NCBI GenBank assembly: GCA_963784815.1
Contig: CAWATB010000017.1
Span: forward strand, 13,864-77,863
DNA from: an uncultured Gammaproteobacteria bacterium
Lineage (GTDB): Bacteria; Pseudomonadota; Gammaproteobacteria; Burkholderiales; Burkholderiaceae_C
Reading direction: 5' to 3'
DNA: 64,000 nt
Made by a program: the position numbers and the translations under genes. The notes beneath the pieces were generated by a model. The model made no database searches, was not told the DNA's origin, and saw nothing but the letters and a program-made list of their open reading frames with translations. Of this stretch, positions 1 to 10,528 are shown in pieces. Numbering within the stretch: position 1 is the stretch's first letter; every line of letters starts with the position of its first letter.

Positions 1-471
1 AAGGATGAGTTCGGCGTCGACTTCCGCGCCCGGAAATCCAAGCGCTTCTGCACCAATTTGGTGGAACTGCCGGTACCGGCCTCGCTGAGGGCGTTCGTGA
101 CGGAACATCGGTCCCATGTAGTACAGCCGCTTCCCCCCCTCGTAGAGCATGTTGTGCTCAGCTACAGCACGCACCACACCGGCGGTAGCCTCCGGGCGCA
201 AGGTCAACTGCTCCCCATTGAGACGATCTTCAAATGAGTACATCTCTTTTTCGACAATATCCGTCACCTCACCGAGCCCTCTTACGAACAAAGGCGTTGG
301 TTCGACGATGGGGGTACGAATGTTGCGATAAGCGTATCGCGCCATCAACGCGCGCACCTTGTTCTCTAGCCACTCCCACTTCGCTGAATCGGGAGGCAAA
401 ATGTCATTCATCCCTTTTACTGCAACGAGTTTCTCAGGCTTCTTTGACACGGTTTTTTGTTCGGTTGTCAC
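1..471 (-). CDS. hisS: Histidyl-tRNA synthetase, 5' part (runs off the window's left edge)
   Basis: Manual minus-strand translation from GTG at 471 gives [16 protein letters not shown]...[16 protein letters not shown]...LRPEATAG...[26 protein letters not shown], which are HisRS motifs. Lies downstream of ispG as usual. Confidence 0.95.
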   Translation of the reverse strand, partial: MTTEQKTVSKKPEKLVAVKGMNDILPPDSAKWEWLENKVRALMARYAYRNIRTPIVEPTPLFVRGLGEVTDIVEKEMYSFEDRLNGEQLTLRPEATAGVVRAVAEHNMLYEGGKRLYYMGPMFRHERPQRGRYRQFHQIGAEALGFPGAEVDAELIL

Positions 472-558
472 GGTGTATTTTTCTTGGTGAGGAAAAGCGG
501 TTGGCGCATCCACAATCCCATGGGCATTCAAACCCAAAGGAGCTAGCGCTAGAAGCGC

Positions 559-1842
559 TCAGGAATTAGCCAGAACGCCCCGACCGAAACGCTGTTCGAT
601 GTACCGTTCGACGATCTGGTGAAACTCATTGGCAATGTCATCACCACGCAAGGTCATCGCTTTTTCGCCATCGATAAACACAGGCGCTGCCGGGGCTTCG
701 CCCGTCCCGGGCAGGCTAATTCCTATGTCCGCATGTTTGCTTTCGCCAGGACCGTTGACGATGCAGCCCATGACAGCAACCCGCAGGTTTTCTACGCCCG
801 GATAACGGACGCGCCACACCGGCATTTGCGCCCGCAGGAAATCATCGATCTGCTTAGCCAACTCCTGAAATGTTGAGCTGGTGGTACGTCCACATCCGGG
901 GCACGCTGTCACACTGGGTACAAATACACGCAGCCCCAGAGACTGCAGTATTTCCGAAGCAACAACAACCTCTTGGGTGCGAGCCTCACCTGGCTGGGGG
1001 GTCAATGACACACGAATGGTATCGCCAATGCCTTCTTGCAAAAGCACGGCCAGCGCGGCCGCAGAAGCGACAGTACCCTTGGTGCCCATGCCTGCCTCCG
1101 TAAGCCCCAAATGCAAGGCATAGTCACACCTGCGCGCCAATTCGCGATAAACAGCAATCAGGTCCTGAACACCGCTGACCTTGCACGACAAGATGATCTG
1201 GTTCCCATCCAAACCCATCTCTTGCGCCCTGTTTGCCGACTCAATGGCTGAAGTAATGAGCGCCTCATACATCACTTGGCGCCCCTCCCATGGCGTTGTG
1301 CGACGGCTGTTCACGTCCATGAGACCCGCCAACAACTCTTGGTCTAGGCTTCCCCAGTTCACACCAATACGCACGGGCTTGTTCCACCGCATAGCAGCGT
1401 CGATCATTTGGCCAAACTGCAAATCCCGCTTGTTGCCCTTGCCCACATTGCCCGGATTGATTCGGTACTTGGACAAAGCCTGAGCACAGTCCGGAAAGTC
1501 CGTCAGCAGACGATGCCCGTTGTAGTGAAAGTCCCCCACCAAGGGAACACTTTCGCCCATGCGGTCCAACTGCTCGCGGATGTATGGCACAGCCGCAGCC
1601 GCTTCCGGTGTATTGACCGTAATACGCACAAATTCCGAACCAGCCTGAGCTAGCTCTTTCACTTGAATTGCAGTGCTAATGGCATCGACCGTGTCTGTGT
1701 TTGTCATGGATTGGACTCGCACGGGTGCATCGCCACCAACTGTGACAACACGTGAACCCCAGACAACCTGAGCTTGTCTCGACCGCCGGGGCGAAGGCGA
1801 AGCTATCGCCACCGGCGCTATATCTCGCTGCACGTTTTCCAC
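559..1842 (-). CDS. ispG: 4-hydroxy-3-methylbut-2-en-1-yl diphosphate synthase
   Basis: [28 protein letters not shown] and the CPGCGRT / [10 protein letters not shown] Fe-S motifs. Confidence 0.97.
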   Translation of the reverse strand: MENVQRDIAPVAIASPSPRRSRQAQVVWGSRVVTVGGDAPVRVQSMTNTDTVDAISTAIQVKELAQAGSEFVRITVNTPEAAAAVPYIREQLDRMGESVPLVGDFHYNGHRLLTDFPDCAQALSKYRINPGNVGKGNKRDLQFGQMIDAAMRWNKPVRIGVNWGSLDQELLAGLMDVNSRRTTPWEGRQVMYEALITSAIESANRAQEMGLDGNQIILSCKVSGVQDLIAVYRELARRCDYALHLGLTEAGMGTKGTVASAAALAVLLQEGIGDTIRVSLTPQPGEARTQEVVVASEILQSLGLRVFVPSVTACPGCGRTTSSTFQELAKQIDDFLRAQMPVWRVRYPGVENLRVAVMGCIVNGPGESKHADIGISLPGTGEAPAAPVFIDGEKAMTLRGDDIANEFHQIVERYIEQRFGRGVLANS

Positions 1843-2759
1843 TATTTCACCTCAAAGCGAGCAACGTTCTCGCGCGATACCGCTGCCAGTTCAAACGGTT
1901 TTCCTCGCACAAAAACTTCCGTGGCATCGGCACGCCCAATCACTACAGACAGTGGCACAGCACCTGACACAGAGACTGTCTCAGCCGCCGCCAGATTCCG
2001 TTGCAGCACCACAGCACCCGCTGAATCCTTCACTTGGACCCAGGACTCGCTGCGAGCGCGCAGAAGCAAAACCCCTGACGAAACGACCGTGTTGGCCGCT
2101 TCGCTGGTCGAAATCACGGGTGCGGAGGCTGTAACCGGTGCTGCTGTGGCGAGCGTCTCGGATGCAGGAGCTACCGACGGATCACCCGCGCCCACCGGTT
2201 CAGACGCAACCTGGCTCGTTGGAGGCGTTGCTACAACCTCAACTGACGAAACATCCCCACCGGCCACAGACGCTTGCGACCCACCACCAACAGAAGAAGA
2301 GTCGTCTGGCGAACTATCAGGCGAGCGCGGAAAATACACAAGTGCCAGGGCACCGGCAAGCAATGCAAGCACCACAACCGTCACAGAGCGAGACGTAGAA
2401 GCGGTGAACGACGAGGAGGATGTAAAGGACGTCGAAGACCTTCCGCCCCGCCCCTTGACTGGAGCATTCAAACCCGCGGTGTCCGCTTTGAGCTGAGGAC
2501 TTTGACTTTGTGGCAGCAGCGCCAAGATAGGTGCAGCATCCACTTTCAAAGTTCGGCAAACGCTTGAAGCCAGCGCTCGCACAAAGACGGTATCTGGCAA
2601 CACAGCGTAGTTGTCAGCCTCCAGAGCCTCCAGCTTGTTGACCGGCACCTTCAGCGCGACGGCCAGCGCAGCTATGTGCATGCCCGAGGCCTGCCGCGCC
2701 GCTTTCAGCATGCCCCCGCCCGTCATTCCCTCACCCACGACCACATCACCCTCACTCAT
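1842..2759 (-). CDS. rodZ: RodZ-like protein (N-terminal HTH, TM helix, C-terminal DUF4115-type domain)
   Basis: N-terminal HTH (LKAARQASG...KLEALEAD), one TM segment, S/A/P-rich linker, SWVQVKD C-terminal domain; sits between pilW and ispG. Confidence 0.8.
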   Translation of the reverse strand: MSEGDVVVGEGMTGGGMLKAARQASGMHIAALAVALKVPVNKLEALEADNYAVLPDTVFVRALASSVCRTLKVDAAPILALLPQSQSPQLKADTAGLNAPVKGRGGRSSTSFTSSSSFTASTSRSVTVVVLALLAGALALVYFPRSPDSSPDDSSSVGGGSQASVAGGDVSSVEVVATPPTSQVASEPVGAGDPSVAPASETLATAAPVTASAPVISTSEAANTVVSSGVLLLRARSESWVQVKDSAGAVVLQRNLAAAETVSVSGAVPLSVVIGRADATEVFVRGKPFELAAVSRENVARFEVK

Positions 2760-3588
2760 TGAAAGCCCCGCGTTCGTATGCCCCTAACTCTTTGGAGTCT
2801 GGGAACCGCTTGCGCAACTGATCGGCCAGCTGTCGCATGGCCACCGAGTCGCCAATAGCGCGCTCAACCTTGATTCCCAACCAAAGCGATTCGGAGTTAG
2901 ACAGCTCGCTGTTGTTGAGTCGGCGAATGTAAAACTGCGCCCGGGTCAACTCATTGCGGCGCAACAATAGCGATGCAAGGTGATACCCAACCACTGGGTT
3001 CCCAGCATCCAACTCGTAAGCCTTAAGCAATGATTGTTCCGCTTCCGCAAACTGCCCAGCACCTGATTGGCACAACCCCCTCGCCATCAGCGTCTTGCTG
3101 CGCGCCGTGTAGGCAGGGTTCGCAATGGCCTGAATGAACTGCTGATCGGCCTCGGCATACTTCTGCTGCTGACACATCAGCCAGCCGTAGTTGTGCATTA
3201 GATTGGGGTCGTTCCCACGAAGTGTCAACGCGCGACGAAAGCTGTCCTCAGCCTGCGGAAAGTCATTCAGCCGCATAAAAATCAGACCGCGCAAATTGAA
3301 AGCGTCGGCGTACCCAGGGTCTGCCGCAAGTGCCTGCTTAACCTCATCCAAGGCAACAGCCGTTTGCCCCATCTCAAAATAGTTGGATGCAAGCTCAAGG
3401 CGAATGCGAGCGCGACGGCGTGACTCAGGCTCATCCGACGCCGTGAAAGTTCCCGCATTGCTGTCACTGCCAGACATCCCATCGACTTTGGTCGCGCAAC
3501 CTTGAAGCGCCGCCGCGCAAACCACCGCACTACATGCCGCGAGTGTCCAGCGGCCAAATTGCCGCCAGCCTGCATCCAATCCCACCAT
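2752..3588 (-). CDS. pilW: Type IV pilus biogenesis/stability TPR lipoprotein PilW/PilF
   Basis: Lipobox LQGC, RARIRLELASNY, TPR repeats with HNYGWLMC, C-terminal LRKRFPDS; rlmN-pilW-rodZ-ispG synteny. Confidence 0.9.
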   Translation of the reverse strand: MVGLDAGWRQFGRWTLAACSAVVCAAALQGCATKVDGMSGSDSNAGTFTASDEPESRRRARIRLELASNYFEMGQTAVALDEVKQALAADPGYADAFNLRGLIFMRLNDFPQAEDSFRRALTLRGNDPNLMHNYGWLMCQQQKYAEADQQFIQAIANPAYTARSKTLMARGLCQSGAGQFAEAEQSLLKAYELDAGNPVVGYHLASLLLRRNELTRAQFYIRRLNNSELSNSESLWLGIKVERAIGDSVAMRQLADQLRKRFPDSKELGAYERGAFNE

Positions 3589-3621
3589 GTAGAGCCTCCT
3601 TTATATGTACCGAATACGAAA

Positions 3622-4743
3622 TCACGTGACCGGTTTGAGCACGATTGTGCGCTGCTTTGCCATCCGCTCTGCGGCACGGGTTCGATCCTTCACATCGCCA
3701 GCCAATTGACCGCATGCGGCATCAATATCGTCGCCACGGGTCTTGCGCACTGTTGTGACAATCCCAGCGTCGCTCAGTAGTTTTGCGAACGCAACTACCT
3801 GCCCCTGTGGCGAACGCAAGAGCCCGGACGCGGGAAACGGATTGAATGGAATAAGGTTGAACTTGCAACGAACCCCGAGGCCTCGCACCGGTTTCACGAG
3901 GTCTATCAATTGTCGGGCGTGTTCCAACTGGTCATTGACGCCGTCGAGCATGCAATATTCGAATGTGATGAAATCCCGCGGAGCATGCGCCAGATACCGA
4001 TTACAGGCCTCTAGCAGTTCCTGAATGGGGTACTTGCGATTGAGCGGAACTAGGTTGTCGCGCAATGGATCGTTGGGCGCATGCAATGAGACGGCCAAAG
4101 CCACTGGGCAGTCCTGTGCGAGACGGTCAATCATTGGAATGACGCCCGATGTAGACACCGTGACCCGCCGACGCGACAGCCCGTACCCGTGATCGTCCAG
4201 CATTACGCGCAACGCGGGCACCAATGCAGAGTAGTTTTGCAAAGGCTCGCCCATCCCCATCATGACGACATTGGAGATGACGCGGTCCTCGGCTTTCAGC
4301 CGCCGACGCAACGAATGCTCAGCGAACCACAATTGGGCAACAATTTCACCGGTTGTCAGGTTCCGACTGAAACCTTGGTGCCCAGTGGAGCAGAAACGGC
4401 ACCCTACAGCACAACCCGCCTGAGACGAGACGCAGAGGGTTCCCCGGTCGTCTTCAGGAATAAACACGGCTTCCACGGCATTGCCGTCACCCACGTCAAA
4501 CAACCACTTGACGGTGCCATCCGAAGACACATGCTCTGAGATAACGGGTAAGGCATCGACGCGAGCGCAGCCCTTGAGCTTGTCACGCAATGCCTTCGCC
4601 AGATCGCTCATGGCGTCAAAATCACTGGCGCCGCGCTGATGAATCCAGCGGAACAACTGAGTGGCGCGAAACCGTTTTTCGCCCAGTTCTTGGCAAAAAG
4701 CTGCCAGACCGTCTAGATCAAATTCCAGTAGATTGGTGGTCAC
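3622..4743 (-). CDS. rlmN: Dual-specificity RNA methyltransferase RlmN (radical SAM)
   Basis: CAVGCRFC radical SAM motif, [15 protein letters not shown]. Confidence 0.97.
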   Translation of the reverse strand: MTTNLLEFDLDGLAAFCQELGEKRFRATQLFRWIHQRGASDFDAMSDLAKALRDKLKGCARVDALPVISEHVSSDGTVKWLFDVGDGNAVEAVFIPEDDRGTLCVSSQAGCAVGCRFCSTGHQGFSRNLTTGEIVAQLWFAEHSLRRRLKAEDRVISNVVMMGMGEPLQNYSALVPALRVMLDDHGYGLSRRRVTVSTSGVIPMIDRLAQDCPVALAVSLHAPNDPLRDNLVPLNRKYPIQELLEACNRYLAHAPRDFITFEYCMLDGVNDQLEHARQLIDLVKPVRGLGVRCKFNLIPFNPFPASGLLRSPQGQVVAFAKLLSDAGIVTTVRKTRGDDIDAACGQLAGDVKDRTRAAERMAKQRTIVLKPVT

Positions 4744-4830
4744 TTCACCCTCCCTCGGAGGGGCCGAGCGCGGTCGTCCCCATGGCGCAGATATCCCGCA
4801 GTAGCGAGAACAGGCATGGGGATCGCCATA

Positions 4831-5256
4831 TCAACGCGAGTAGATGTTGAGGCCAGGGAAGAAGAAAGCTACTTCTGCTTGGGCAGTTTCAGCCGCGTCA
4901 GAGCCGTGCACTGCATTGGCATCGATGCTGTCAGCGAAATCAGCGCGGATCGTGCCGGCTTCTGCCTTCTTGGGGTCCGTAGCGCCCATGAGTTCGCGGT
5001 TCTTGAGAATCGCGTTTTCGCCTTCCAGGGCCTGAATCATCACAGGGCCGGAGATCATGAAATCCACCAGATCCTTAAAGAAAGGACGCTCTTTGTGCAC
5101 ACCGTAGAACTGCTCCGCTTCCAAGCGCGACAGGTGCGCCATGCGTGCGGCCACCACCTTGAGGCCAGCTGCTTCGAAGCGGGCGTAGATCTGACCAATG
5201 ACGTTCTTGGCGACTGCGTCGGGCTTGATGATGGAGAGAGTGCGTTCGATAGCCAT
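4831..5256 (-). CDS. ndk: Nucleoside diphosphate kinase
   Basis: [26 protein letters not shown] active site. Confidence 0.98.
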   Translation of the reverse strand: MAIERTLSIIKPDAVAKNVIGQIYARFEAAGLKVVAARMAHLSRLEAEQFYGVHKERPFFKDLVDFMISGPVMIQALEGENAILKNRELMGATDPKKAEAGTIRADFADSIDANAVHGSDAAETAQAEVAFFFPGLNIYSR

Positions 5257-5343
5257 GTTAATTTTCCTGATTGGATGTTGCTGTGAATCGTTTGTCCATC
5301 GGACAAAGCCCTCGATTCTAACCGTTGATGCAGATATGTTGAA

Positions 5344-6888
5344 TCAGCGTCCGCCGCCGCGGCGAGGGCCACCGCCACCAGGGCGCCGCTTGTCCTGACG
5401 ATGCCGCGACAAACTATCCACACCGATATAACCGACCGATGTTTTCAACGGATCGGGCTGAGCAGCCCCACTCTGGCGATCATTTCCACCCGAGCTGCTC
5501 CCACGCCCGCTCTGCCCGGGCCGACCACCACCATCGCGGCGTGGCTTCTGGCCGCGCGGGCCACCAGCAGGCGCCCCTTGCGACATGTCCCGACGAGGTC
5601 CGTCACCCGCACGTTGGCCATTGCGCCCCCGGTTTCGGTTATCGCCACCTCCGCCGCTTCGCCCAGGACCTGCATCCGAACGTTTTTCCAGTGGTTCAGG
5701 CCGGTCGGCGCCCGCAGCCTGCACCAGCGCTCGGATATCACCATCGTCCAGCTCCAGCCAAGCCCCGCGCTTGAGTCCACGCGGCAACACCATCGCCCCA
5801 TAACGAATGCGAATTAGCCGACTGACGGCATGGCCCACAGACTCCAGCATGCGGCGCACTTCGCGGTTGCGTCCTTCAGAGATAGTGACGCGATACCAGC
5901 AATTCGAGCCTTCACCACCGCCATCTTCAATCGATCCAAAAGACGCCATGCCATCGTCTAATCGCACTCCGTCAAGGAGTTTTTGCTTTTCTTCGTTGCT
6001 GAGCGCGCCTAGAACACGCACTGCGTACTCTCGCTCCAGCCCAAAACGGGGGTGCATGAGCTTGTTTGCCAACTCGCCAGAGCTGGTAAACAACAGCAGA
6101 CCTTCGGTATTCAGATCAAGCCGCCCCACGGATTGCCATTTGCCCTGCATCAAACGCGGCAGCTTGCGAAAAACGGTAGGCCGATTTTGCGGATCGTCAT
6201 GCGTTACAACTTCACCCACAGGCTTGTGATAGGCAATGACACGCGCTGGCGGCGGATCAATCCGATAGCGGATGGGCTTGCCGTTGACCTTGACCTGATC
6301 GCCAAACTGGATGCGCTGGCCGATATGGGCTGGCTCATTGTTCACGGAGATACGCCCCTCCAGGATGAGTTGCTCCATCTCCAAGCGCGACCCAAGTCCT
6401 GCTTGAGCCAGCACCTTGTGAAGTTTGGGTGTTTCGACCTGCGGCAACAAAACACGCTTGGCAGGCACCAGTTCTGCAGTCGCGTCGTCTTCGTCAAACC
6501 GCCCCGAGATCACATCTTCAAACTGGTAGCCCTGCACCACGGGCGCACTGGAACCGCGCTTGTCGCGGCCAGGACCTTCTTTGCGTGGTTGTCGCCCTCG
6601 GGATTCGCCCGGGATCATCTGCTCGCGTGGTTTCGAAACGGGCGCTGCTTCTACTGCGTCCACGTCGAGTGTCACGCCGCCCGTACCCACCGCCGAAGTT
6701 GCGGAAGACTGCGCGCCAGATGGCTGCTCCGAGGCTCCGGCACCTGCGGCAACGGCAATCTCTTCAGCCTTAGCGGTCTTTTTGCGCGGCGCACGCTTGG
6801 CTACAGGCTTCTTGGCCTTGGGCACAGAGTTGGCAGCATCCGCCTGCGCTACAGCGTCAGAGATTTCGGGAGTCGAATCGTTCATCAA
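5344..6888 (-). CDS. rluB: 23S rRNA pseudouridine synthase RluB with long disordered termini
   Basis: S4 domain KLHKVLAQAGLGSR, GRLDLNTEGLLLFT, EGRNREVRR; follows scpB. Confidence 0.9.
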   Translation of the reverse strand: MMNDSTPEISDAVAQADAANSVPKAKKPVAKRAPRKKTAKAEEIAVAAGAGASEQPSGAQSSATSAVGTGGVTLDVDAVEAAPVSKPREQMIPGESRGRQPRKEGPGRDKRGSSAPVVQGYQFEDVISGRFDEDDATAELVPAKRVLLPQVETPKLHKVLAQAGLGSRLEMEQLILEGRISVNNEPAHIGQRIQFGDQVKVNGKPIRYRIDPPPARVIAYHKPVGEVVTHDDPQNRPTVFRKLPRLMQGKWQSVGRLDLNTEGLLLFTSSGELANKLMHPRFGLEREYAVRVLGALSNEEKQKLLDGVRLDDGMASFGSIEDGGGEGSNCWYRVTISEGRNREVRRMLESVGHAVSRLIRIRYGAMVLPRGLKRGAWLELDDGDIRALVQAAGADRPEPLEKRSDAGPGRSGGGGDNRNRGRNGQRAGDGPRRDMSQGAPAGGPRGQKPRRDGGGRPGQSGRGSSSGGNDRQSGAAQPDPLKTSVGYIGVDSLSRHRQDKRRPGGGGPRRGGGR

Positions 6889-7628
6889 GTATTTCCCTGG
6901 ATACCACCCGGGGTATCGCCATGGTCGTCGCGGATTTCTGTCTCCGCATCCTGAAAAAAATCGTCCGCGAGTTGCGGAACATCGTTATTGCTGTCGGGTT
7001 GAGCACCGGACTGATGAAGCTCAGCGACAGAGGGACTGGCGGCGACCAGCTCAGGCTCGGGCTCAATAACGCTCTGAGCAGCCGCAGCCATCGCCTCCAG
7101 CACATTCGAATTGCCGGTCGGGTCATCCAATACCGGCAATTGATCCAAAGACTGCAGGCCCATGTCGTCCAAAAACTGGCGGGTCGTAGCAAACAGTGCT
7201 GGACGCCCTACCGTTTCACGGTGGCCAATGACCTCTACCCAGCCCCTGTCTTCCAGCTGTTTGACGATAAGACTGTTGACCGTAACGCCCCGAATATCCT
7301 CAATATCGCCCCGAGTGACCGGTTGGCGATAGGCAATGATGGCCAGTGTCTCCATCGTGGCGCGTGAATAGCGCGGAGGTTTTTCAGGATGCAACCTGTC
7401 CAGATACTCGCGCATTTCCGGGCGGCTTTGAAAACGCCATCCCGTCGCAACCTGAACCAGCTCCACCCCACGCTGGGCCCAATCCAACTGAAGCTCATGC
7501 AACAGGATTTTGAGCGTGTCCGATCCCAACGCGTCGCTGAACAACACGCGCAGCTCGCGCAACGGCACAGGCTGCTGCGCACATATCAACGCAGTTTCGA
7601 GGACCCGTTTGGCATCCACCGTATTCAT
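6885..7628 (-). CDS. scpB: SMC-Scp complex subunit ScpB
   Basis: ETLAIIAYRQPVTRGDIEDIRGV, GRPALFATT. Confidence 0.95.
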   Translation of the reverse strand: MNTVDAKRVLETALICAQQPVPLRELRVLFSDALGSDTLKILLHELQLDWAQRGVELVQVATGWRFQSRPEMREYLDRLHPEKPPRYSRATMETLAIIAYRQPVTRGDIEDIRGVTVNSLIVKQLEDRGWVEVIGHRETVGRPALFATTRQFLDDMGLQSLDQLPVLDDPTGNSNVLEAMAAAAQSVIEPEPELVAASPSVAELHQSGAQPDSNNDVPQLADDFFQDAETEIRDDHGDTPGGIQGNT

Positions 7629-7790
7629 GATTCAGCGATTCCTGGAAAAGTGCCACGCGTTGCAACGGGTGTCACATCAACAGCAGGGGGCAATCAAAGG
7701 CAAGGGCGACAATAGCGCGCTGTATGAAAGCGCTGGCGCTACGCAGGAGCCCGGCGGGATTCCGTCTTCGGGCATGGGCCTGTCTGGCCG

Positions 7791-8828
7791 TCAGGGCGCA
7801 TTGTAGCGCAGCCCCCATAAAGACAGAAGCCGCTGCATATCGTCGGGCAAGGGGGCATGAAACTCCAGCGCCTTTCCCGTCACCGGGTGGGTAAACGCCA
7901 GACGATACGCATGCAGAGCTTGACGCTGCATCGGGTCCATGGGAGCCCCACCATACAGGCTGTCGCCCACCAGGGGGTGCTTCAACGATGCCATGTGCAC
8001 ACGAATCTGGTGGGTGCGCCCGGTGTGCAAGGTGCACTGCACCCAGCAACCCGCATCCACGCCGTCAAGGCAACGAATATCTGTGCGTGCCGTTTTGCCT
8101 GGATGAATGGCCAGATCGACCACCGCCATCCTCAGGCGATTGCGCGGGTCACGACCAATGGGCGCATTCACAGTCCGGGTTTTGGGCCCCGTCCACGCGC
8201 CATGGGCCAGCGCCAGATACTGCCGCTGCACCTTGCGCTCCGAAATGAGGGCGACCAGGGCGTCCATGGCAGCCCGATCACGCGCGACAACCATCAGCCC
8301 ACTGGTGTCTTTGTCGAGCCTATGAACAATGCCTGCGCGTGGCACCAGCAATGCTTTTTCGTCCCGCGCCAGCAGCCCGTTGAGCAAGGTACCGCTCCAG
8401 TTGCCAGGGGCTGGGTGCACCACCAAACCTGCAGGCTTGTTCACCACCAACAGGTGTGCGTCTTCGTACACCACATCGATAGCGATTGGCTCCGGACGGA
8501 AGGCCTGGCTCTGCACGGTCGGGCGCATCTCCAGCACCACATGGTCCCCCGCCTTCACACGGGTGGATGCCTTCAGAACCAGTTTTCCATTCAGGTTAAC
8601 CAGCCCTTGCGCCAGCAACTGCTGTAAATAACTGCGCGAAAACTCGGGAACCAGGTCCACCAGCGCCCGATCCAGCCGGGCGGCGTGCTGCTCCGCCGCG
8701 ATTTGCATGGGGCGCAGCTCGCTTTCAGCGTCTGACAAAGCATCGGCTTCGTCAGCGTTCAGCCCAGCGTCCACCTCCAGCGCCAAGGTCGGCCTGTCGT
8801 CGGGCAGACTCTCATTCACGGGCTTCAA
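7791..8828 (-). CDS. rluD: RluA-family pseudouridine synthase (RluD)
   Basis: S4 domain RLDRAL, NKPAGLVVHP, GIVHRLDKDTSGL, TGRTHQIRVHM, RQALHA. The TTG start overlaps the nlpD stop; the true start may be downstream. Confidence 0.88.
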   Translation of the reverse strand: MKPVNESLPDDRPTLALEVDAGLNADEADALSDAESELRPMQIAAEQHAARLDRALVDLVPEFSRSYLQQLLAQGLVNLNGKLVLKASTRVKAGDHVVLEMRPTVQSQAFRPEPIAIDVVYEDAHLLVVNKPAGLVVHPAPGNWSGTLLNGLLARDEKALLVPRAGIVHRLDKDTSGLMVVARDRAAMDALVALISERKVQRQYLALAHGAWTGPKTRTVNAPIGRDPRNRLRMAVVDLAIHPGKTARTDIRCLDGVDAGCWVQCTLHTGRTHQIRVHMASLKHPLVGDSLYGGAPMDPMQRQALHAYRLAFTHPVTGKALEFHAPLPDDMQRLLSLWGLRYNAP

Positions 8829-9748
8829 CGGGCGGGCAGGTAGCGCGACGGATCGACGGGCTTGCCTTGTCGGCGGATTTCAAAGTGCAGCTTGACGCGA
8901 TCTGCGTCGGTGCTGCCCATTTCAGCGATCTTCTGACCCTTGCGCACCGACTGGTCTTCCTTGACCAACAATGTCTGATTGTGGGCATAGGCCGTCAGAA
9001 AAGTATTGTTGTGCTTGAGGATGACCAGATTGCCGTATCCACGCAAACCAGCGCCGGCGTACACCACCCGCCCATCGGCTGCAGCCAGCACCGGGTCGCC
9101 CGCCTTGCCCGAAATGTCGTAACCCTTGTTGCGCGCCTCATCAAACCCGGCGATCAGCGAGCCCGACGCGGGCCAGATAAAGCCAACATCGTCTTCCCCA
9201 GTGGCTGCTGGCGCGGTGGCGGGCGTTGTAGGCGCGATCGCCACCACAGGAGACGCCGCCGAAGCTGCGGGCTTAGGCGCGCTGGCAGGGGCAACTGGCG
9301 TACTGGCAGGCGAAGCGGGAGTAATCGCGGAGGACGTCACAGGCCGGGTGACCACACCGGTATCCGAGGCAACCGCTTGCGCAGCAGGCGCTGGTGGTGT
9401 CACACGCAGTACCTGGCCCACCTCAATCAGATTGGCGTTGTCAAGGTTGTTCCAGCGGGCGATGTCCTTCCAGCTCTGGCCCGAATCAAGGCCAATGCGA
9501 ATCAGCGTATCCCCGGGTTTGACTGTGTAGTAACCTGGTTTGCCCGCATTTTCGGCGCCGGGCAGCGGCTTGATGGGAGTACCCACCACCACACCTGGCT
9601 GCGCACCAGGCGCGGAGGAAGAAGATGACGAAGTGCCTCGGTCTTCCACAGGAGCCTTGTACAGCCGGGTTCCACAGCCGGTGAGCACCAGACCCGCCAG
9701 TGCCACGGTAAACCCAACCACAAGACCACGCGATACGAACATAAGCAT
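8825..9748 (-). CDS. nlpD: LysM/M23 lipoprotein NlpD
   Basis: Lipobox LTGC, LysM (YTVKPGDTL), M23 domain (GYGNLVILKH, YAHN, LHFEIR). Confidence 0.92.
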   Translation of the reverse strand: MLMFVSRGLVVGFTVALAGLVLTGCGTRLYKAPVEDRGTSSSSSSAPGAQPGVVVGTPIKPLPGAENAGKPGYYTVKPGDTLIRIGLDSGQSWKDIARWNNLDNANLIEVGQVLRVTPPAPAAQAVASDTGVVTRPVTSSAITPASPASTPVAPASAPKPAASAASPVVAIAPTTPATAPAATGEDDVGFIWPASGSLIAGFDEARNKGYDISGKAGDPVLAAADGRVVYAGAGLRGYGNLVILKHNNTFLTAYAHNQTLLVKEDQSVRKGQKIAEMGSTDADRVKLHFEIRRQGKPVDPSRYLPAR

Positions 9749-9754
9749 TTCCCT

Positions 9755-10528
9755 TTAGGCAATCCCCGATTTTAGAGGGACAAAATGCACAGGCTCCAAC
9801 ACGCTTTGTTTCAATCCGTGTGGGGTTTTGTCGATCACAAGCAACATTTGCTGCCCGCCAGCCAGTGCCATGGGGGCCACCAGCCTCCCGCCCACTGCCA
9901 ATTGATCGCACCAGGCCTGGGGTACGGCGTCGCCGCCTGCTGCCGCGATGATGGCGGCATAAGGCGCGCCTTTGGCATAGCCCAGCATGCCATCCCCAAA
10001 TAAAAGATGCAGATTGGCAAGCCGAAACGGTCGCAGGTTGTCGCGGGCCTTTTCGTGCAGCCCGCGCAGCCGCTCCACAGAGTAAACCTCTCGTGCAAGT
10101 CGACTCAGCACAGCTGCCTGATAGCCGCAGCCAGTTCCGATCTCCAAGACGCGCCCCAGTCCGCCAGCCCGCGCGCCCTCGGCCCCCAGCAATAGCTCGC
10201 ACATGCGCGCTACCACATTAGGTTTGGATATGGTCTGCCCCAAGCCAATAGGCAGGCTGGTGTCTTCGTAGGCTTGATTGCCCAGGGCGCTGTCGACAAA
10301 TCGGTGGCGCTCCACGGCCCCCATCGCCTGCAATACTGGCACCGATGTCACGCCCCCTGCCGCCAGCTTTTGCACCATACGCGCCCGCACCGCCGCCGAA
10401 TCCATCCCAACCCCCACGGGCGATGTGGCCACCGGTTTGCGCGCTGGTGCGGCCGGAACCGGCGCCTTGGCTGGTGTGGGGCCAGAGCCCGGCAACCGGG
10501 CAGGAAACCCAGGCCGGCGTTGCATCAC
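9755..10528 (-). CDS. pcm: Protein-L-isoaspartate O-methyltransferase
   Basis: GQTISKP, VLEIGTGCGYQAA, FVPL; surE-pcm-nlpD synteny. Confidence 0.95.
   Translation of the reverse strand: MMQRRPGFPARLPGSGPTPAKAPVPAAPARKPVATSPVGVGMDSAAVRARMVQKLAAGGVTSVPVLQAMGAVERHRFVDSALGNQAYEDTSLPIGLGQTISKPNVVARMCELLLGAEGARAGGLGRVLEIGTGCGYQAAVLSRLAREVYSVERLRGLHEKARDNLRPFRLANLHLLFGDGMLGYAKGAPYAAIIAAAGGDAVPQAWCDQLAVGGRLVAPMALAGGQQMLLVIDKTPHGLKQSVLEPVHFVPLKSGIA

Noticed and set aside
541-560. AGCTAGCGCTAGAAGCGCT, resembling family 1
   Set aside because: Lacks the 7-nt spacer and the second palindrome.
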